From: an uncultured Gemmataceae bacterium
GTDB taxonomy: Bacteria > Planctomycetota > Planctomycetia > Gemmatales > Gemmataceae
Assembly: GCA_963750165.1 (NCBI GenBank)
Contig: CAVVPN010000012.1
Span: forward strand, 544,001-608,000
Direction: 5' to 3'
Length of the DNA stretch: 64,000 bases
The notes beneath the pieces were generated by a model. The model was not told the origin of the DNA. It searched no databases and saw only the letters and a list, made by a program, of their open reading frames with translations. The stretch's first letter is position 1; each line of letters starts with the position of its first letter. The position numbers and the translations under genes were made by a program. Below are positions 24,101 to 29,736 of this stretch, one piece after another.

Positions 24101-27100
24101 TGGTCAGCGTCTGATTGAACTGAGCGGTCATCGACTCGTCCGCGACCGTCAGTGGCGAAACACCGGCCAGCGTGGCCAACTGATAAGTGCCGGCCCCACC
24201 CGGGGTGCCCGATAGCTGAGCCGTGATGGCCGTGCCGACCGTGACGCCCGGAGCGTAGAACACGTCGCCGACGACGAGAGGAGATCCTGCCAGCGATCCG
24301 GCGTCCACGGTGAGCACGTTTGCCGAGATGCTGCCCTTGAAGCCCGTAATCGTCTGGGCGTAAAGCTGTTGGTCGGGGATCGAATAGTTCATCGTCTCGC
24401 TGGCGATGGTTAGGGTCGCACTGATGGGGAAGCTGAAGGTGCCGTCGCCGTTGTCGGTTCCCGAATCGGTGATGGTGGTTCCAGCAGGGATCCCCGTACC
24501 CGTGATCGTGTCGCCAGGCGCAAGGTTGTTCGCATCCGCGGCGGAAACGGTGAGCGTGTTGCCGCTGATCGAACCGGTGAACGACGGCAACGCCGTGCTC
24601 AAGGTGTACGTACCGGTGCCGTCAGGGTTGACGCTATTCAGTGCCGTGATGGTCGCGTATGCGGGGATGTCCGTCCCAGGCAGGCCGACAATGCCGTTCG
24701 TATTGGTTTGCACCACCTGTCCGACGGCGAGAGGTCTGGCGGCGGCAGACACCGCGTCGGTGCCGGTGATGAACGAACTCACCGTGAGCGTGTTGCCCGA
24801 GACGGAACCGGTGAAGACCTGGGCGGCGTAGGTCTGGTCGCCGGGAAGCACCGGCGAGTAGGCCTGGTACGTGCCGGGCGAGAGCAGTTCGACGCCGGTG
24901 ATCTGACCGTTTGCCACCGACGTAATCATGAGCTGCGCCGGCGTCACGTTGGGGTTGGCGTAGTTCTCGGAGTTGGGGGTGAGGCTGCCGGCAGGGGTGA
25001 GGCCGTCGTCGTCGTAAGGATTGGTGCCAATCGAGAAGGTCCCCTGGCCCTGGGCGACCGTCAGGATCTTGCCGACATCGGCCGAGGTGTAATTAACCGC
25101 GCCGGGCGCACCGGACGCGCTGCCGCCGCCGGACACGATCTGCACACCGCCGATGCCGTTGGCCTGCAAGTTGGCCAGGGCGGGCAGTAACAGGCTCGTT
25201 CCCGACGCGCTCGGGGCGATGTTCAGGGTGAACGTATTGTGAACGGTATCGACCGAGGTGATGAAGGTTCCCGTCGGATTGGCTCCAGCGCCGGGGCCGC
25301 CGCCGCCGTTGGCGTCCGCGGGGACCGTCAAGATGCCAGCCCCTTCGACGACCTGGCCGATGGAGATGCCGTAACCCGCTATCGTGCCCGAGGTAAGGGT
25401 GACCGTGTTGCTGCCGGCCGTGTAACTGACCGGGAGCGTGGCGGCCGTGGGGGACGTGAACTGGGTCGATTCGTTCGTGGTCAGGTAGAACAGGGCACCG
25501 GAGCCAACGGTGTTGCCGACGGCCTGGACGGCAATCGGATTGAACGGGGCGATAACCGGAATTTGTCCCGGACGGTCGCTGCCCGTGGCGCCCCAGTGGT
25601 AGGCGTAGACCTGGCCGTTGGCGTCCGCCACGTCATGCATGTTGATCGCCGTGTCGGCCACCTGCTTTCCGGTGGTGGGGTCGGTCTGCACCATGTCATG
25701 GCCGGGATTGGCCACGGTCGTCGCCGGCGCCGAGCCGCCGGCCGTGGCGCCGGTCACATTCTGGATGACGTTCGACACAGTCAGTAGGTCGGAGCGGTCG
25801 AAGACCAGATTGCCGTTGCCCATGTTGACGACACCCGTTCCGAAGCTGCCGCTGGTTCCGCCGTTGCCCACCTGCAGGACGCCGTTGTAGACGGACGTCG
25901 GTCCGGAATAGGTGTTGTTCGCCGTGAGGATCGTCGTGCCGCTGCCGCTGTTCGCCAGGCCGCCGGTCTCGGTGAACGTCAACGAGACCCCCGTTCCGTC
26001 CGCCGTGGCGGGCGCGAGGAGCTCGAAGGAGGTGGCGTCATCGATCGAGGCGATCACGTCCCCGTCCGGGATGCCGGGACCGGAGACCGGCATGCCCGTG
26101 GCCAGCAGTGTGGTATCGACGTTGCTGACCGTGGTGCTGCCGTTCGCGGTGTCGCCCGCCAACGAGAGGGTGCCGAAGCCGCTGCTGCTGAAATCGGTCC
26201 CCTGGGTGACCGTGTTGCTGCGGTTGATGACGAACGTGCTGGGGATGGTGAGATTGGGGGTGCCGCCGTTGAAGTCGTAAACGTAGGTGCTGTTATCGAC
26301 GATGGTGCTGCTCGGGCTGAGCGATCCGGTGGTGCCGTCGTTGCCGAGCTGCAACACGCCGGCGTTGATCAGCGTGGGGCGCGTGTACGTGTTGGCGTTC
26401 GTCAGAACCAGGGTCCCTTCGCCAAGCTTCTCGAGTCCAACATTGCCCGTCAATGCATCGCTGATGGTAAAGGTGTTGGTCGAGTCGTTGATATCGAAGC
26501 CGGCCGTCGCGCCCGAATTGATCGAGTACGGGTGCGAGCCGATGTTCCCACCGCTTGCGGAAGTCACGTTGGCGCCGGTGATTTGCAGGGCGCCGCCGCC
26601 GAAGACGATCGAGCTGGGAGTGCCGGTGGTGCTGCCGAGGTTCGCGTCCGTTCCGACGCTCAGTTCGCCGGCCGTGATGGTGTCGGCGCCGGTGTTCGCG
26701 TTGGTCCCGGAGAGGACCAGGTTCGACGTGCCGTTCTCGGTGATGCCCGTCACGGTGGCGGGGAGGTTGGAGCTGATGATGGCCTCGCCACCGCCCGTAC
26801 CGTCGTTGGCGATCGTACCGCTGATATTCAGCGGACCCGAGAAGATGACGTTGCCGTTGCCGCCGACGGCGATCGTGAGGTCGTTGCTGCCGCTTACGGT
26901 GCCAGTGAAAGTCGCGGTGGCGTCTGTCGGCCGACCAATTGCGACGTCCTGGGTGCTGCCGATGGTCAGACCGCCGACGCCGGAGAGATTGGCATTGCTG
27001 GCCAGATGGATATTGTTCGTGACGGTCAAGAAACTAGTGGAGATCAACAGGGCGGCGGGTACATTGCCCGTGGTACTCCCCAGTGTGATCGTTCCGGTGC

Positions 27101-28529
27101 TGAGTGCCGCCGAGGTCTGAGCGGCATCGACGGTGCCGCCCAGGACGATCAGGCCAGAATGGGTGCCGTCGGTCAGGAACGTGTTAGTGCCGGCAAGCAC
27201 GAGAGGCGAGCCGTTGGCGGTGGCGTTTTCGTAGACGCCGGTTACGTTCGTGAGGATGTTGTTGCTGATGGTGGCGAGGCCGGTACTGGTGCCAACATTG
27301 GTGATCGTACCCGTATTGTTGATGTTGTTTGGTGCGGGGGGCGGCCCGGAGTGGTTGCCGGGGGGCGGGAAGCCAAGCAAGATCGTCCCGGCGGGGGTCA
27401 TCCCGCTGGCGGAAGCCATGGAGGAGTTGTTGAGGACCAGGTTGCCGGTCCCCGTGATCGACCCACTAACAATGACACCGGGCGAGTTGCCGCTCGTGTC
27501 GTCAGCCGTGCCCGTCGCGGAGATGGTCAAAGCATCGCCGTGCAAGATGACCGATCCGCTGAAGTAGGCGTCGTCAGAGCCGCCGTCGTTGCCGAGCGTC
27601 AGCGTGCCGTTGCTCCCCACATTGATCGGGTTGGCGACCGTGAACGTGCCCGCCTCCAAGCTGGCCGAAGTCGTGGTGGCGGTGCCGAGTTGAATCGCGG
27701 TGTTCGTGTTCCCAGCCGCTCCGGTGGTGCCCGAGGTGTCGCCGCCCGCGATGAAGGTGCCGGCCTGGATGGTCAGGCCGCCGGTGAAGGAGTTGGCGCC
27801 CGAAAGGGTCAGCGTCCCGCCGTCGAGATCCACGGCCGTTGCGCTGTTGGCTGATCCGTCCTGGATGACACCGCTGAAGGAACCGCCGGCCGTGACGGTC
27901 AACATGGCGGTCGTAGAGCTAGCAGTATTTTCCACGGTGCCGGCGCCGTTGAGGCTGGCAATGGAGACATTGTTCCCGGCAAGGTCCAGTGTGGCCCCGG
28001 AGGCGACGGTGACGGGCTCCCCGGCAGGCACAGCACCGGCACTGCCGACTTGCAGGGTGCCCCCCTGAACGAACAGGCCGCCGTTGAAGGAGTTTGTGCC
28101 CGTGATAGTGGCGGTGGCCGCGTCGGTGATCGAAATCGAAGCGGTCGCGGGGGCGGCTACGCTTGTCAACGCTGCGCCGGTCGTCTGGAAGCTAAGCTGC
28201 GTAATGCTTGCCCCACTGCCGCTCGGGCCGGTGGCCGTTGTTGTGCCCACACCAGTCCAGCCCGTTGGCACGCTCGAAAAGGTGTTGTTGTCGGTGATCG
28301 TGTAGTGGTTACTGGCGCCAGTGGTGTAGGCGACCGTGATGGTGGGGGCGCCGGCGTCCGCCAGCAGCAGGGCATTGCCAGTGAGGCTGAGCGCTCCGGT
28401 CAACACTTCGCGAACTTCCAGCTGCTCTGCCCAGGGCCGCGCATTGCGGAACGGACGGCGCTTGGCCTTGTCCGATTTGCTGCGGGTCCACAACTTGAGC
28501 AGGTTCCTGGTCCACGAGATATTCGACAT
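12198..28529 (-). CDS. Giant (5443 aa) secreted mosaic protein: LEPRxLL-type leader, autotransporter-associated beta-strand repeats, internal duplication, Ig-like, cohesin-like x3, dockerin-like x2, cadherin-like and lamin-tail-like modules
   Basis: Uninterrupted ORF; AAGGAAGG SD before ATG 28529; basic leader + EQLEVREVL; many GLTKLGAGTLVLTNANTYTG.T.I.GGTLQ.G repeats; YDP/FNP-type cohesin motifs; GDIDG and DYNEDGNID Ca-loops; no C-terminal beta-barrel. Confidence 0.92.
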   Translation of the reverse strand: MSNISWTRNLLKLWTRSKSDKAKRRPFRNARPWAEQLEVREVLTGALSLTGNALLLADAGAPTITVAYTTGASNHYTITDNNTFSSVPTGWTGVGTTTATGPSGSGASITQLSFQTTGAALTSVAAPATASISITDAATATITGTNSFNGGLFVQGGTLQVGSAGAVPAGEPVTVASGATLDLAGNNVSIASLNGAGTVENTASSTTAMLTVTAGGSFSGVIQDGSANSATAVDLDGGTLTLSGANSFTGGLTIQAGTFIAGGDTSGTTGAAGNTNTAIQLGTATTTSASLEAGTFTVANPINVGSNGTLTLGNDGGSDDAYFSGSVILHGDALTISATGTADDTSGNSPGVIVSGSITGTGNLVLNNSSMASASGMTPAGTILLGFPPPGNHSGPPPAPNNINNTGTITNVGTSTGLATISNNILTNVTGVYENATANGSPLVLAGTNTFLTDGTHSGLIVLGGTVDAAQTSAALSTGTITLGSTTGNVPAALLISTSFLTVTNNIHLASNANLSGVGGLTIGSTQDVAIGRPTDATATFTGTVSGSNDLTIAVGGNGNVIFSGPLNISGTIANDGTGGGEAIISSNLPATVTGITENGTSNLVLSGTNANTGADTITAGELSVGTDANLGSTTGTPSSIVFGGGALQITGANVTSASGGNIGSHPYSINSGATAGFDINDSTNTFTISDALTGNVGLEKLGEGTLVLTNANTYTRPTLINAGVLQLGNDGTTGSLSPSSTIVDNSTYVYDFNGGTPNLTIPSTFVINRSNTVTQGTDFSSSGFGTLSLAGDTANGSTTVSNVDTTLLATGMPVSGPGIPDGDVIASIDDATSFELLAPATADGTGVSLTFTETGGLANSGSGTTILTANNTYSGPTSVYNGVLQVGNGGTSGSFGTGVVNMGNGNLVFDRSDLLTVSNVIQNVTGATAGGSAPATTVANPGHDMVQTDPTTGKQVADTAINMHDVADANGQVYAYHWGATGSDRPGQIPVIAPFNPIAVQAVGNTVGSGALFYLTTNESTQFTSPTAATLPVSYTAGSNTVTLTSGTIAGYGISIGQVVEGAGILTVPADANGGGGPGAGANPTGTFITSVDTVHNTFTLNIAPSASGTSLLLPALANLQANGIGGVQIVSGGGSASGAPGAVNYTSADVGKILTVAQGQGTFSIGTNPYDDDGLTPAGSLTPNSENYANPNVTPAQLMITSVANGQITGVELLSPGTYQAYSPVLPGDQTYAAQVFTGSVSGNTLTVSSFITGTDAVSAAARPLAVGQVVQTNTNGIVGLPGTDIPAYATITALNSVNPDGTGTYTLSTALPSFTGSISGNTLTVSAADANNLAPGDTITGTGIPAGTTITDSGTDNGDGTFSFPISATLTIASETMNYSIPDQQLYAQTITGFKGSISANVLTVDAGSLAGSPLVVGDVFYAPGVTVGTAITAQLSGTPGGAGTYQLATLAGVSPLTVADESMTAQFNQTLTTSTGAQLPIESNMISPALTQPTAVDNSDQSGGPDGYGSALGHEVTTAYEMTSAHEYYAPFTGDTTAGSKVINNAVDTSVAMTPFAVGFAVDGPGIPAGAVITAVSGSSITLSQAATVTATGSSFDSWNEWTSAIDPNTIAVGGSGYTNGATVVALGGVTAAAGTPLLGTVTTTGGVVTGFTASNALNNGFQGDASDAANWYSVLPTVPCPVTGGSGTGNPLFNLTMNDVLTNSQSVPTGIGIATVVSGHGGSGYALGDVLTLSAPAGITPVGTAATLTVTAVDGSGAILAVNVQTAGSYTKWNPATLFYVAPVDGSGGSGAILSWQALQTSVPDNASSALSPDAAVVNGGGYAVGDVLVVSSTSSWTDSQGNQATWTVAPILQVTHYTYSASGSSFTYNLINTPVSSTGDFPLSSDTFNLFPLGYTPATTIVGPYTYNGAGVNGGVAEFAAGATVNFGPQVFGGTPGSVIQLGTGTTILTGTNTYTGPTNVINGTLEATRTASLPGYNTSGSGRITVNDGATLAVQFGGTGQFTSADVDTLLSHATFSDGAGTATLGLDVTGTNTATYASVIADPSNGGSLAVEKLGTGKLTLSGANSFTGGLTIQAGTFIAGVSNSGTTGAAGNTNTAIQLGTATTTSASLEAGTFAVANPINVGSAGALTLGNDGGSDDAYFSGAITLNGNALTIAATGTSSTARIVASGSITGAGNLVLNNSSSAGSIWIGFPPPSDVHAGPPQSPNNISNTGTITNIGTSSGLTTISNIITTHVTGVYQNTGSLTASPLVLAGPNTFTSGLNIQGGTVDAAQVSGALGANTNVVTLGNTTGSVPAALLISTSFLQFSNPIQLATNTNLSGVGGLTIGTTQAVVIGRPTDATATFSGNVTGNNNLTINVAGNGNLIFTGALNISGAITNNGTGIGTTIISSNLSAGVTGVTENGTSNLILSGTNANTGADTITAGELSVGADANLGATSGTPSSIVFNGGTLQITGTSLMSASGGFIGSHPYSITPNTTAGFDINDPNNTFTISDALTQGTGGLTKLGAGTLVLTNANTYTGTTLIGGGTLQLGNGGTTGSLSTSSTIVDNSAGAFGILTTPGVFAIDRSNTVTQGTDFSGSGIGTVSLTGNTAISLSGSLTNHSTTVSGLASTAQLATGMLVSGTGIPAGDTIATIASGTSITLTTAATSTRTSTLTFRLTGGPTSSTTVNGLASTALLAPGMVVAGAGIPAGDKISTIASATSITLTTAATAVATGAALTFTETGGLANSGSGTTILTAANTYAGPTSVYSGVLQVGNGGTTGTLGTGVVTIGSGNLVFDRTDTMTVPNVIQNLTGGNPGGSAPVTTGANPGHDMVQSVNGVQVADSSINMHDYVNSAGQLYQYHWGATGSDRPGQIPVLAPFDPIAVQAVGNTVGSGALFYLTTNESTQNTSPTAPTIPVTYTAGSNKVTLSSGTIAGYGISIGQVVEGTGIATFPADVNGNGGPGVGTSPTGTFITSVDTVHNTFTLSIAPTASGTSLVLPALANLQASGIGGVQIVSGGGNAATEPGAVPYTQADVGKILTVAQGLGTFSIGINGSLTPNPENYANPNVMPAQLIITQVNGGTGSGAITGVAVYMPGTYQPYSPVETGDQTLLDPIFSGSVSGTTLTVDSFVSGTDAPYAYGFNLTVGQTVFDSSGDSLGTITGQLTGPTGGIGTYTLSQSSTITDTFSAQTTTSITGSISANVLTVSSPTGSPIVVGDTISGTGIPIGTAITAQLTGTTGGAGTYQLATLTGASLTVSSESMTAQLNQTLTTSTGAQLPIESNMLSPALTQPTALDTSDQNGAPSGYGSGLGHEVTTAYEMTSQHELYAPLTGDTTAGSNMILNVVDTSPAGTPYAVGYAVDGPGIPAGAVITAINASSITLSQNATVTATGSSFDSWNEWTSAIDPNTIAAGGSGYTNGATVVALGGVTAAGGAPLLGTVTTSGGVVTGFVASDATNNGFQGDAADSANWYSVLPTVPCPVTGGSGTGNPLFNLTMNDPLNPSATSYPINFATGIGTATLVSGTGGSGYHIGDVLTLSAPAGITPVGTAATLTVTAVDGSGAILAVNVTTAGSYTKWNPATLFYVAPVDGSGGSGAILSWQALQTSVPDNASSNLSPDAAIVNGGGYAVGDVLVVTNTSFTDSLGNQATWTVAPILQVTHYTYSATGPSFTYTVINTPVSSTGHYPVSSDTFNLFPLGYTPSTTVVGPNNYYGAGVNGGVGEFVAGATVNFGPQVFGGSPGQVIQAGTGTTILTGVDTYTGATTVSAGRLLVDGSITSSTSVAAAATLGGTGTISAPVAVTGALIAGDTTAASTGSLTVGNLSFGSGGTLNVLLNGTTAGTGYDQVTATGAVNLAGSSLDLSLGSGFTPAPGTTFDILVNNGGSAITGTFSQGSTITVGGTTFSISYAGGTSGHDVVLTVSTGSTVSTTTTITDNGPNPSLNFGSTVQPVSFLVHVAPASGSVAGDTVSLSDNGVAISGATGTLDASGNATITLSSAAVLTVGTHPISANFAQQGNFAASGSGTVSQVVTATFQVDSATLAGNYVQLVFDGPVDPNTTQLFYSPGATAVAPNITLTGPGGSVKGSLLIDATHPNVATFVATAGELAPGNYTVAVTNSVKAVGGATLASNYSQPLTVASPLVTPVVTAAFVARGPGQTVNIPNSSTGLPITLSGITSAVQSLSFTLTYDPTLLSVTAATLSTDAATNGNLVLNPISFTSIDAHHMLITFTIIGGSGGGHWNPSGGTGTLLTLTATVPQNAPYTDKALLATQSVVLNGTAAQGDDAIDVNAYQGDIDGSHTYTGLDASLIDRVSVGQGTGFSVFKDLDPWIIGSVTASGTLGVTGLDAADVDKAAVGSFPSVIPQPPTGFTITGPLGPDPRLYLAAATGGDGQTVTVQERFNVSGADPSTEIDAIDSVIEYDPSKFTVSNIRAGSLLPGFSVTTNVDAVHGVIRVSEFTANPAQAPNPTDGDVLLLDFTVNSSAPLGPSPLKLAASYTDANNTSTTTAVYNATSALTLGPAPQNPSTLPLSGSTVSPFVTNVDNYFSVVGHSGTEGFPANTTATAGGTVTIPINFSNGPVPFDIAAVDNAIKFNPLLLQVTNVTVGSLLTGFSLTTNVDNTNGVLRTSEFTANEAAVSGGQVGAVLQITFAVNGSASGSIPLYILQSYTDSNNTTTTTAVYDDNGAITLTPAPQGTGSNPVFVTGVDGNLNIVVQPNQPPYASLPVPAVIPEALFNPAAHAGLQTVTPNTVAFSSATGDAIIVTDSDYTASGSPETTTLTLTGSPAGTSSGPVGTLTAAASGQAMVSGGGTQPLVITGSPSDITTTLSSLVYTPGPGFFGTATLTVSTTDNGNSGYGGSLTDVRSTSITVVGLFLSEIDTLKGNTTNPSQYIEVFSTVPSYTIPTGVYLTGINGVSGSTPAAGVLADIFNLSGFTTGSNGYLALLQKSEKYSSGGYEVAGGNQLDNSGTGAGFGSGNTSKFGTVTGVHTGSTRPSGQLATDILLTGAESFLLIQTPTAPTTTTNIDPANTGNPSNQTSAYNGWNVLDSVGILDSASTSHAYAAITFKPTGATGTTLAGSNVVNTGTWVANYVGRIAQNTGSSGADWLGSVVTGTPSSGMFFLGSPNSTAFAGQPLNSIGGPNDWAPQLTVAVNDDSSNQHSQVAELTLTFSTPVNIVDLASDFVLKDASGNPLSINVSDPGTGATTEGASGPVPDSGATQLFVTFNADATHTFNFITPYLDQFGNTLTVGLVDGNYFLNTKVADISAASNSAVLLDGAKNGMSGSTTSGTGNLNGNGVNQVDEFWRLFGDTEGRRQVDGVDTTNFRTVNGVTQETSGMTAGILAASESNNTVTITTNGPSGFLMGEIVNIVGLPAGYNGSFVILSVNGNTFTYMAPTSGLTAVTNPTGAAATLNSYQWYLDYNEDGNIDVGNTLEQTQLINRLFTQMPA
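17255..27815 (-). repeat. Intragenic tandem duplication, two ~5.1-5.2 kb copies (~27815-22640 and ~22340-17255)
   Basis: Both begin LTLSGANSFTGGLTIQAGTFIAG and end GATVNFGPQVFGG.PG.VIQ.GTGTTILTG; long near-identical DNA, e.g. ~23090-23325 vs ~17705-17945. Confidence 0.93.
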
Positions 28530-28694
28530 TGGTGCATCCTTCCTTGCAGAGAGTGTTGCGGAACTTGACACGAGAAGGTTCAGAGGCTTCCGATAAACAC
28601 GCAGTAACGGCAAAGAGCACTACAAGCGCTCCCCACTGCACGGACGCGAATCAAAGGCGAAATGTTGCGACAACGGGCAGGTGCTTTCAGCGCA

Positions 28695-28843
28695 TCATAT
28701 TTTGGTGCCCACGACGGTGAGCAGCAGGTTGTTCGGACTGAAATTGGCCAGGACTTCACGGATTTCGGGTTGTTCGAGCCTCAGCCGTTTGGGACGGCGT
28801 CCCGGGCCTGGGTCGGCCTATTCTTGCCAAAACAGCGCGACAT
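28695..28843 (-). pseudogene. Remnant 5' end of a second LEPRxLL-type gene
   Basis: Minus-strand reading RRPKRLRLEQPEIREVLANFSPNNLLLTVVGTKI* resembles the giant's RRPF..EQLEVREVLT; nearest ATG (28843) is out of frame. Confidence 0.55.
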
Positions 28844-29736
28844 CTTTCTGTACATCAAGCACTGCCTTGGGATTCGCGAACTCGACCGACCTTCGGGGGA
28901 GAAGAGTCGGACCATGTGACCCGTGATCAACATCTATGCAGTCAGGCGCATTCCTTCGCACTGTGCTAATGAGGCAGGGTCAACCATGACGGCCTGCGCG
29001 AATGAGGATGGGGAGAAAGTAGCTCCTGCGGAGTGAACGCGGTGGGCGATACCTTCACACGGGCGCAGCGTGAACCGGAATAAGAAATCACAACACAAAT
29101 AATGTGTGAAATTGATTTTATATCCGAGTTGTGTTTAGATTTCAGGTGGATGAGTTAAACCTACCAAGAAATCCCTCCCGAATCGTCTGGCCCTCACAGT
29201 GGGGCGGAGGGTGGGGTAGGGCCTCACACGTTCCAACAATAGGAAGACAACGAGCAACGCTCGTTGGTTGCCCGCCTCGCAGCGGCGGAGGAAGCCTCCA
29301 CGATACCTTCGCGCTTCTCCGCCAGGCAATGGTGGGGAAGAGCGAAAGCTCGACGCAATGTTTGGAACAGCTACTCGCACCCGCCAGCGGTCGAAGCGGG
29401 ATCGTGCAACCGAGTGATGCCCACGCGAGTTCTCTAGAAGGTTTAACGCAGTTCAGCGCCGCGTCGGTCAGTCGATTCCCGAAACGGGCGGCCCCCGGCT
29501 CGGTCGCGATCGTCGCAAGATGATTGGCCATCAATATCTTGCGCCTTGGGTCGTTCATCGAGTATTTTTTAATTTATTCTGTTGGCAGAAAGCCACGCCC
29601 AGGCCGGCGGCAACGCGTGCGTCCGGGCATCCATTGGTTTGCACCATCTGTCCGCGGTGGTGGTAATTGTTCACCACAGTAGTGGAAGCGGCGCAACGCC
29701 GCTTCCACGCACGCCGGTCCGCTTCCAGGTGCCGCG

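Noticed and set aside
12198..28529. Classical type V autotransporter or RTX protein
   Set aside because: Passenger-type repeats are present, but there is no C-terminal beta-barrel, no Sec signal and no GGXGXDXL nonapeptide run
12334..28596. Many long plus-strand ORFs opposite the giant gene (and similar ORFs opposite other genes)
   Set aside because: Antisense shadows expected from high-GC codon bias; no motifs
28920..29560. Riboswitch or coding ORFs upstream of the giant gene
   Set aside because: No recognisable aptamer consensus and ORFs lack motifs or host codon bias; only an AT-rich patch near 29080-29140. An Rfam scan would settle it
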